From the IMG/VR virus record IMGVR_UViG_3300017963_004045: a stretch of 64,000 nt of DNA. The stretch is one strand, 5' to 3'. Both the position numbers and the translations under genes were made by a program. The notes under the pieces are model-generated. The model was not told the DNA's origin, did no database searches, and saw only the letters and a list, made by a program, of their open reading frames with translations. Source of the stretch: an uncultured virus (IMG/VR IMGVR_UViG_3300017963_004045). Lineage: Duplodnaviria > Heunggongvirae > Uroviricota > Caudoviricetes. Shown here piece after piece: positions 57,586 to 64,000 of the stretch; within the stretch, counting starts at the first letter, position 1, and every line of letters begins with the position of its first letter.

Positions 57586-57750
57586 ATGCAAGAATTTAAC
57601 TTCGAGCATGAGCCGATAGACTTCGAGCCAGAGATACCCCCAGAGTTCGACCATCACTCTAAGGATTGCCAGTGTCCAGATTGCGTAACCTTAAGGTCTA
57701 ATCGCAATGGGGCATACTGGAATGGCTTTGAGTGGGAAGAACTGGTCTAA
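57586..57750 (+). CDS. Small His/Cys protein
   Basis: GAGGTGA SD; HHSKDCQCPDC. Confidence 0.65.
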   Translation: MQEFNFEHEPIDFEPEIPPEFDHHSKDCQCPDCVTLRSNRNGAYWNGFEWEELV

Positions 57751-57765
57751 TCGGGGGTGAATGCC

Positions 57766-58392
57766 ATGACAATGACTGACTTAGAGAAGGAACTGGCGAA
57801 GAGAATAGGCAAGTTTATGAGGGAACTTAAAGAGGATGGCTTAGCCACGCATTGCTCTACAGTTCTGGTCTGGGGCAACGGTGAGACTGGCGATAATGGG
57901 CTAATTCCCTTCTTTGAGGGAGATAGCCAATTCGACAGTCTGACAGTTCACCGTCTGGACAGTCTGGTTGCTCAGGTGAAAGTTAAGGGCTTCTCACCAG
58001 AGAGAACCGTATTGACCGATGAAAGCGGTGAAATGAAGGAGTTCCAGACTCACGAAGAGTTCATAGAGTATATGAACAATCAGGGGCTGAGCGTCCTTAA
58101 AGAGTCTTTCGACACAATGTCTGAACATGAGGGAACGGAATTCGCAAGAGACGGTCTTGCAAAGGGCATAACACTGACAGTAGCCAAGAGCAACGACTGG
58201 CTCAATCTCTCAACAGAGGAAAAACTGGATAAGATTGCCGAGACGATAGCCCACTTACAGAGTTTCGAGTCTGGGAACTGGTTGCCAGACTTCACCGACT
58301 TAGAGTTAACGAAAGCCATCCAGTTCGTTGACCACATTGTTAAGTTCGGTTATCCACCGCAAGAGTCTGGCAATGATGTAGCATTCGCCTAA
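57766..58392 (+). CDS. Hypothetical protein
   Basis: GGGGGTGA SD. Confidence 0.7.
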   Translation: MTMTDLEKELAKRIGKFMRELKEDGLATHCSTVLVWGNGETGDNGLIPFFEGDSQFDSLTVHRLDSLVAQVKVKGFSPERTVLTDESGEMKEFQTHEEFIEYMNNQGLSVLKESFDTMSEHEGTEFARDGLAKGITLTVAKSNDWLNLSTEEKLDKIAETIAHLQSFESGNWLPDFTDLELTKAIQFVDHIVKFGYPPQESGNDVAFA

Positions 58393-58424
58393 TCCAACAC
58401 TCGTTGAGTTTCAGAGTGATTGCA

Positions 58425-58610
58425 ATGCCAAGCCACTTAGAGATAGTGGTCAGTGATACTGGCATAGAGTTCCCCGAAGAGATAGACCAGACCTTCCAGA
58501 CGCTCTTAGAATTCTATGAGAATATGGGGGAACTGGGCATAGAACTCGAAGGGGATAGCATGGCTGAGAACTTAGAGCAAAAGGTCTTAGCCATATCTCT
58601 ATGTGGCTGA
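58425..58610 (+). CDS. Small acidic hypothetical protein
   Basis: GAGTGA SD. Confidence 0.55.
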   Translation: MPSHLEIVVSDTGIEFPEEIDQTFQTLLEFYENMGELGIELEGDSMAENLEQKVLAISLCG

Positions 58611-59477
58611 TTGCCGAGAACCGAGAGACCAACAGTCGTTGAAACCAATCGAAATTGGGATAGCATGACGCTACAGATAAGACTCACTGGTAAGTATATC
58701 GGAGTGAAACGAGCCAAGCAATCTATAGAGTTCATTCGTGAAATGGCAGTCTTACAAATGCTCGATGTGAGGGACATTGCCGAGATGGGCTATTTAGAGT
58801 ATCTGGATAAAGGGCATAGGCAAATGACCTTTCGCCCAGACTCAGACCTGACAGAGTATAATGCCCAGATACTTCACGAAGGGGATAATGCCATCAGAAC
58901 CAAATCCTTCGGCATTGAAGTGAACTTCCCTAATGATAGTTATCTGACCGTCCAGTTCGCCCACATGATAAACAATAAGTGCGTTTTTGCCTTCGGCAGT
59001 GCCGACTTCGACTTAGTATGGTATGCTGAGGATACCCCCTCTAAGAGACAGGCAGTCAACAATCACTTATGGTCTATCCATACCTTAGAGACAATCAAAA
59101 GCAACTTCATGCCTGAACTGGAAATCAGGGACGAAAGCAACTATCATAAGACACCCCCAGACGCTGAGACATTGGCATACTGGCGACAGGAAAAACTTGA
59201 AGGTCATGGCGTTGACCGAGAAGCCGACTTCGAGAACCTTCAAAACCACAATCTTGAACATCTGTTGAGCCAGATAGACTTCGACATAGCCAGTCTGACC
59301 GCAAGAAGAATGCACCGTTCCGATGTGCTGACTTCAAAGCGTATTGCAAAAATGCGAATGTGGTTGAACCATACCCCAGAGGTCGAAGAGTATTCATATA
59401 TCACGCAGACCAAGAAAGACATTAGAAGGGTGCTGAGCCTTTTCGGGATACGCCCCGAAGAACAGGCGGTGCGATGA
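58611..59477 (+). CDS. Hypothetical protein
   Basis: 288-aa ORF. Confidence 0.7.
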   Translation: MPRTERPTVVETNRNWDSMTLQIRLTGKYIGVKRAKQSIEFIREMAVLQMLDVRDIAEMGYLEYLDKGHRQMTFRPDSDLTEYNAQILHEGDNAIRTKSFGIEVNFPNDSYLTVQFAHMINNKCVFAFGSADFDLVWYAEDTPSKRQAVNNHLWSIHTLETIKSNFMPELEIRDESNYHKTPPDAETLAYWRQEKLEGHGVDREADFENLQNHNLEHLLSQIDFDIASLTARRMHRSDVLTSKRIAKMRMWLNHTPEVEEYSYITQTKKDIRRVLSLFGIRPEEQAVR

Positions 59478-59575
59478 GGTGGCACACCTCGAAAGCGGAA
59501 AAATCCAACGCTTGTTGATTTGATGGCTTGGGATGAGCCAGTGTCGATTTCGGCATGGCAAAATCAACCCCCCAT

Positions 59576-59636
59576 GTATCCACTCCTACGGGATGATGAC
59601 CAGTCGTAGACTGGCATCACCCGTATGATTGGATAC
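59576..59636 (+). other. Long imperfect intergenic hairpin A (c-GTA-g loop)
   Basis: GTATCCA/TGGATAC, TACGGG/CCCGTA, CCAGTC/GACTGG. Confidence 0.65.
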
Positions 59637-59699
59637 TATGAACGCATTAGCGTAAGCCAATCGGTAGAAATCAACGGGTGTTGAACGGAAGGCGATAGC

Positions 59700-59948
59700 A
59701 TGGTTAAAAAAGTCTTTATAAAAGGTGCGTGGTTGCACACACTGGATACCGAGTTATCCGAAGAGGAATTTATAGCGAAGTCTGGGGGCATGGACGCATT
59801 AGAGCCATACAGAGCCTACCCCTTCGTTAGTCTGGTGCTTGACAACCCCGAAGAGCCTATACTGGTCGGGCATACCAACGGTAGAACCATCAGTCTAACA
59901 ATGTCTGGGCGTGGGCACGAGCATTATCAGACAATGGAATGGAAGTGA
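59700..59948 (+). CDS. Hypothetical protein
   Basis: 82 aa; follows a boundary site. Confidence 0.65.
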   Translation: MVKKVFIKGAWLHTLDTELSEEEFIAKSGGMDALEPYRAYPFVSLVLDNPEEPILVGHTNGRTISLTMSGRGHEHYQTMEWK

Positions 59949-60101
59949 GAGCATTCTGCCAGACCGCAGAACTGAAGGGCTTGAGGCTTTCCCTGAAGTC
60001 CCGAAGGCAAACCACACCAAAAAGCAACAGTCGTTGAAACTCAAAACAGCAGTGCCAGAATATAGATTGCACCCACGCAAAATACAAAATAATACGCTAA
60101 T

Positions 60102-60173
60102 CATTAGACCGTTACCTTTGAGGGTATCTCTCCCGAAGGGAGCGATACCCGAAACACAGGTAACGCTCTAATG
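60102..60173 (+). other. Long imperfect intergenic hairpin B (c-GAA-g loop)
   Basis: CATTAGA/TCTAATG, CGTTACCT/AGGTAACG, GGGTATC/GATACCC, CTCCC/GGGAG. Confidence 0.7.
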
Positions 60174-60231
60174 CCAGAAATTGACATCCGAGAAAAGTAA
60201 AATCTAACGAATGTTGAACGGAGTTGAGCAA

Positions 60232-60819
60232 ATGGAAAAGAACTGGATACTAATAGGAAAAGGCATAATAAACTGGGGCAGGGATGAGCGTATAGGAGAC
60301 CGCTATGGGACAGTTGGATTATTTGACGGTAGCCAAGATAATCTATTGCCCATTAAAGATGTTCGTGGGCATGGTAAACTGATTGCCCACATACGCAAGA
60401 CCAGACAATCCTACCACATAGGCGATGTATTCAGGGGATTATCCCCAAAGACACCCAAAGAAAACGAATTCATCGAACTGGGCGAAGGGACGGTTTTCTT
60501 CGAGCATAAGAATGGCATTCAGGGACGCTATATCGGGCTAAAACCAGACGAACCCAGAGACAGCGACTGGTTGAACCCCCAAGCCCTCTATCGTTGCCAT
60601 AGCCAGACCGTTGACCTATACTTTGCTCCCACGCAAACATGGATATGTGAAGAATGCGGAACTGAGTATGCGAGTAGCACAGGCGATAAACCCACCCCAC
60701 CCAAATGGAAGGATGGGCACGAGTGCAAACTAACCCCCAAGCCGAGTGCAGAAGAGCAGGTGGCTTCTGAGCAAGTCCCCTCGTCCTCTCACGCACAGGC
60801 GACCAGTTCCCACACTTGA
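60232..60819 (+). CDS. Hypothetical protein with C-terminal Zn-binding motif
   Basis: Start MEKNW; WICEECG...HEC. Confidence 0.75.
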   Translation: MEKNWILIGKGIINWGRDERIGDRYGTVGLFDGSQDNLLPIKDVRGHGKLIAHIRKTRQSYHIGDVFRGLSPKTPKENEFIELGEGTVFFEHKNGIQGRYIGLKPDEPRDSDWLNPQALYRCHSQTVDLYFAPTQTWICEECGTEYASSTGDKPTPPKWKDGHECKLTPKPSAEEQVASEQVPSSSHAQATSSHT

Positions 60820-60901
60820 AACCGAAGCAGGACGACCTCCAACACGGTCTGCAAAGGATGAAAGTCGGAAAAAACCAACGAGTGTTGAAGGAGGAATAGA
60901 A

Positions 60902-61402
60902 ATGCCAGATTGGGAAGATATAATAGATAACCTCGTGGGCGATAGGTATGATGTCAAAGAGATACTAACAGCCCTGCACGAGAACGAGAACCATACAGGG
61001 ATATGGGAAGAAATAGGCGAAGAACTACTATTGCCAGACATGGACTGGACGCAACTGGAAGGCATACTACAGCATATCGAGAGCGAATACAAGAGCGAAT
61101 TCATGGAATACTTAGAAGAGAACCTTCGGGACGACCTCTTGGAACAGATTAGAAACCAAGAAACCGAAGCCCTACTGGACGCTCTACGCACAATCCGAGA
61201 TACGCACCCAGACGAATGGGACAAGATAGTAACGCCAGAATTGATGAACGCATGGGACAGAGCCAAACGCCAGACCACCGAGCCGACCACCTCACGACCA
61301 CCTCAAAACGATGACGATGATGACGAGGAGGCGGGTTGTGAGGCTAAAACAGAGGAAAAATCAACGGTTGTTGAAAATGAGAAATCCGAGAGCCAGATTT
61401 AA
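60902..61402 (+). CDS. Acidic helical hypothetical protein
   Basis: GGAGG SD before MPDWED. Confidence 0.7.
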   Translation: MPDWEDIIDNLVGDRYDVKEILTALHENENHTGIWEEIGEELLLPDMDWTQLEGILQHIESEYKSEFMEYLEENLRDDLLEQIRNQETEALLDALRTIRDTHPDEWDKIVTPELMNAWDRAKRQTTEPTTSRPPQNDDDDDEEAGCEAKTEEKSTVVENEKSESQI

Positions 61403-61424
61403 ATAATCGGTTGCTGATATGTCG

Positions 61425-61496
61425 GTCTACAGAGGATACAGGAGAGTGTTCCTCTACCGAAGGTAGCGGAACTATCTCCGTGTATCCGTTGTAGGC
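61425..61496 (+). other. Long imperfect intergenic hairpin C (c-GAA-g loop)
   Basis: GTCTACA/TGTAGGC, GGATACA/TGTATCC, GGAGA/TCTCC, GTTCC/GGAAC, CTACC/GGTAG. Confidence 0.7.
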
Positions 61497-61543
61497 GAGG
61501 AACGAGATGTCCAGTCGGAAAAAACCAACAGGCGTTGATTGAA

Positions 61544-61867
61544 ATGGCAGTCATTCGGAAGGATGATAGGGGATTATACGCAAATGTGGGCGGTTATATC
61601 GTAAGACCTCTACTTGATACCCAATATAAAGAGGGCGACCATGTGGATGGACACCATTACGGTGGAACTACTACGGTGGGCATGGGCAAGAATAAGGACA
61701 CCCCCAAGCGTGAGTATGAAGAGTATTGGAGAACCGATTGGAAGGGGCAATACGACCTGATAGAGCAAAGGTTAGGCAAAGATGAAGCCGACAGGTTTCT
61801 TGAAAATGAGAGGACTCTAATGCGGTTAAAGATGAAGTTCCAGAGGGAAAAAAGGAACAGGGGTTAG
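61544..61867 (+). CDS. Hypothetical protein
   Basis: Follows a boundary site. Confidence 0.7.
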   Translation: MAVIRKDDRGLYANVGGYIVRPLLDTQYKEGDHVDGHHYGGTTTVGMGKNKDTPKREYEEYWRTDWKGQYDLIEQRLGKDEADRFLENERTLMRLKMKFQREKRNRG

Positions 61868-61870
61868 ATT

Positions 61871-62185
61871 ATGAACATCGAAAAATGCGATTATTGTTAC
61901 TCAAAGCCCATGAGCGAATACGAGCATAATCTGGAATATGCCATGAAGGAATGCGAGAAATACGATAAGCCAGAGGTAGTAATCACCAATCATACGAACT
62001 CTCGAACCTATTCAGTGAGTCTTGGCGAATTCAGGCGAGAATTCATCAGGGAAAAGGACGCTGAGTTGTTTGCCGAGATATTGGAAAGGGAAATGGAAAA
62101 CCAGAACCACCCAGAACCCGAACCAGAACCCAAACGCACAAGGCTTGATGTGGCGAAGAGGAAGATAGAACAGAGCAAAAAATAA
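61871..62185 (+). CDS. Hypothetical protein
   Basis: CDYC; PEPEPEP linker. Confidence 0.65.
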   Translation: MNIEKCDYCYSKPMSEYEHNLEYAMKECEKYDKPEVVITNHTNSRTYSVSLGEFRREFIREKDAELFAEILEREMENQNHPEPEPEPKRTRLDVAKRKIEQSKK

Positions 62186-62196
62186 CGGGTGTTAAA

Positions 62197-62535
62197 ATGA
62201 CAGAGACCGAGAATAAGATAGAACCAGATTGCTATCCATTGCGTGAGCATATTGGTCATAAAATAAGGCTCGTAAAATACGCACTGGACGGTATGGTATT
62301 GAATTGCTATGATAAGCAATGCCCAGATAACGAAGGGGAAGGCACAGACCTTATGGAATGCTATCCCCCAGAGACCTACGGAGAGGATGAGCCAAAGAAT
62401 GTCGCTGAGCATGATAGGGCTTGGTATCCGAAACTCAGGAAGCACTATCGCCACCCCCTCGAAATCCGAGAGGATGGAGAAGAGGTGCAGTTGTTCTGCA
62501 AAAGGTGTTCTGAGGTCATATTCGCACAAAAGTAA
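62197..62535 (+). CDS. Protein with two L..H..H.I...C..C repeats (probable Zn-binding)
   Basis: LREHIGHKI..NCYDKQC and LRKHYRHPL..FCKRC. Confidence 0.7.
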   Translation: MTETENKIEPDCYPLREHIGHKIRLVKYALDGMVLNCYDKQCPDNEGEGTDLMECYPPETYGEDEPKNVAEHDRAWYPKLRKHYRHPLEIREDGEEVQLFCKRCSEVIFAQK

Positions 62536-62549
62536 CGGGTGTTGATTAA

Positions 62550-63029
62550 ATGAAGATACTGGTAGCGACAAAAGAGACTCAGGGCTATATGCAGAATGAC
62601 TTCAATGATGTGCCCGATTACGAGCCAGTGAGATTTGCGGATAATATCAATCGATACATGATTGGAATACACTGTATCAAGGGCACGACCACTATTAAAG
62701 TAATCAATGTCAATATATCTTTCAATGAGTTTTACCAGATGATATTAAATTCAAGAATAAAAGAAGAGCAAATGCGAAGCGTCATATTGAATAATAATGA
62801 CATACCACCGCTTACGGATGAGATAAAGAAATCATTATTATTCGACACCCACGAGATATGCAGGATTGCAAACCAGTATCCAGTGGGCACAATATTAGAA
62901 TATCACTCAAACCCCACCAGACACTTCAAGATTAGGCAGAAGGAGAATGAGCCAGACATGGAAACGGCAAAGATACCGCCACGAGCCGTTGGGGATAGCC
63001 AGAAGGAAGAAAAAGAGGCAGAAAGTTGA
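62550..63029 (+). CDS. Hypothetical protein with MKILVAT..TQG...DF N-terminus
   Basis: 159 aa; AT-richer than neighbours; flanked by boundary sites. Confidence 0.7.
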   Translation: MKILVATKETQGYMQNDFNDVPDYEPVRFADNINRYMIGIHCIKGTTTIKVINVNISFNEFYQMILNSRIKEEQMRSVILNNNDIPPLTDEIKKSLLFDTHEICRIANQYPVGTILEYHSNPTRHFKIRQKENEPDMETAKIPPRAVGDSQKEEKEAES

Positions 63030-63295
63030 CTGCGAGGAGGCGGGAAACACATCAAACTCAACGAAATGTAACAGGCGTTGGAAGGCTCTCGTCAGAATAG
63101 CCAGACGGGTAAAAAGGGGAAAATCTTCATGCGAACATCACCCCACAACACGACTGCGATGAGGACATCCTCAATCGGAGTTGAGAGGTCGAACAAAGCC
63201 CTATCCAACGCCTGTTGGATTTCCATCACCAGAGAAATATTTAAATAGGGAGAAAAAGGGAAATGCTTAAATACCGAACCCCTGTTAGTGTTATT

Positions 63296-63590
63296 GAGGA
63301 ATTCGCATGGTGAGGGTAGCCAATCGAGTTTCGATGATTAGTCTGGACATGGGGCACGAACCGAAAAACCGTTTGAAAATGTGTGGCTCACTGGCTATCG
63401 TCAGACGATATGGTATTGTCCGCAATGAGACGAGAAGCGGAAAGACCAGTTGCCAGTCTGCCATTGGTGGCATGGCTCACATTGGAGAGACAGTGTTTGA
63501 ACCCCAGATAAGACGCACCCTTCGGAATGGTGTTCCAGTGCGTTTGGACGCTCCCGAAGGTTTCTGGGGTAGGCGTGATACCTCATGCCC
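63296..63590 (+). ncRNA. Candidate structured non-coding RNA (~290 nt)
   Basis: TTAAATA boxes upstream; complementary 5' and 3' ends; nested helices; the overlapping ORF is unconvincing. Confidence 0.4.
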
Positions 63591-63631
63591 AGAACCAAAT
63601 TACCCAACAACCTAAAAGGAAGGTGAAAAAA

Positions 63632-63859
63632 ATGGAAGAAAAAATACCAGATGGATATAGTGTCTACGATAGAGAACGACATGGAAGCGACATGGTTGCC
63701 CTAAAGGAGTCAGGTCGCTTAGATGAACTATGCACCTGTTGTCATTTGAGGTCTCAGCATGGGGATACCTGTGGTGGACTGGCAGAGGGGCATGGCAGTT
63801 GTAATGAATGCGACTGCCAGAAATACACATGGAAGGAGTTCTTGGTCAAGGACGAATGA
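63632..63859 (+). CDS. Cys/His-rich small protein
   Basis: AGGTGA SD; CTCCH...H...HGSCNECDC. Confidence 0.75.
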   Translation: MEEKIPDGYSVYDRERHGSDMVALKESGRLDELCTCCHLRSQHGDTCGGLAEGHGSCNECDCQKYTWKEFLVKDE

Positions 63860-63949
63860 GCGACTCTGGAGGCGGGTGCATCACCGCTTTCCAGCGAAAA
63901 ACGAGGTAAACTCGGACAATTCTAACGAGTGTTAAAGGAGGTGAATTCT

Positions 63950-64000
63950 ATTCCAAAAGAACTGAAAATAAAAAACAAGGCTGAAGCAATAATCATCATG
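63950..64000 (+). CDS. Start of a gene with probable ATT start (partial)
   Basis: GGAGGTG-AATTCT-ATT CCA; IPKELKIKNKAEAIIIM... Confidence 0.4.
   Translation, partial: MPKELKIKNKAEAIIIM

Larger units (their letters stand above)
3810..63933. repeat. Dispersed quasi-palindromic site YAAC-RNNY-GTTR (core AACACYCGTT)
   Basis: At least 27 exact AACACYCGTT/AACGRGTGTT copies found by eye, plus spacer variants. Confidence 0.9.

Noticed and set aside
59592..59600. C/D box sRNA (ATGATGA)
   Set aside because: The C-box-like word is buried in a stem and no appropriately placed CTGA D box was found
53178..63933. CRISPR array from recurring AAC..GTT repeats
   Set aside because: Repeats are only ~12 bp, irregularly spaced and separated by whole genes; no cas genes
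56060..63950. Canonical integron with attC sites
   Set aside because: RYYYAAC and GTTRRRY are only 4 nt apart instead of bracketing a long hairpin with L boxes, and no IntI is in the window; kept only as an analogy

Overview
This 64-kb window reads as part of a large archaeal extrachromosomal element (virus or giant plasmid/Borg-like ECE; the window cannot decide which). Support: GGAGGTG(A) Shine-Dalgarno sites, TTTATATA-type TATA boxes, no housekeeping, rRNA or tRNA genes, and near-absence of many palindromic 4-mers on manual scan. Genes from 1 to 52.3 kb are on the minus strand and genes from 53.2 to 64 kb are on the plus strand. They diverge from a ~0.9-kb non-coding, iteron-rich interval that is a candidate origin. 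Layout: (i) 2-18 kb, dense small and often Cys-rich hypothetical genes, plus DUF5661-like, chagasin-like, YodL-like, glutaredoxin-like and wHTH genes and a 936-aa charged protein; (ii) 18-52 kb, mostly membrane/surface proteins in paralogous sets (beta-propellers, nine in the window counting a partial one at the left edge; 2 CBM9/DOMON-like; 3 large multi-TM proteins; PKD; matrixin; CPBP intramembrane protease); (iii) 53-57.5 kb, an AAA+ ATPase/DUF1257/DUF2997/DUF6744-like operon; (iv) 57.5-64 kb, small genes separated by a conserved boundary element and long hairpins. The most unusual signals are absent from the ORF track: a four-copy ~36-nt RNA pseudoknot with covarying stems; two paralogous 50-aa genes with Ile (ATT/ATA) start codons, each directly upstream of that pseudoknot; a YAAC-RNNY-GTTR site found at least 27 times, including inside genes; a second upstream promoter motif; and a family of Cys-hairpin mini-proteins. 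No capsid, terminase, portal, polymerase, integrase or CRISPR array was recognised. Family names come from motif recognition by eye, not database searches.
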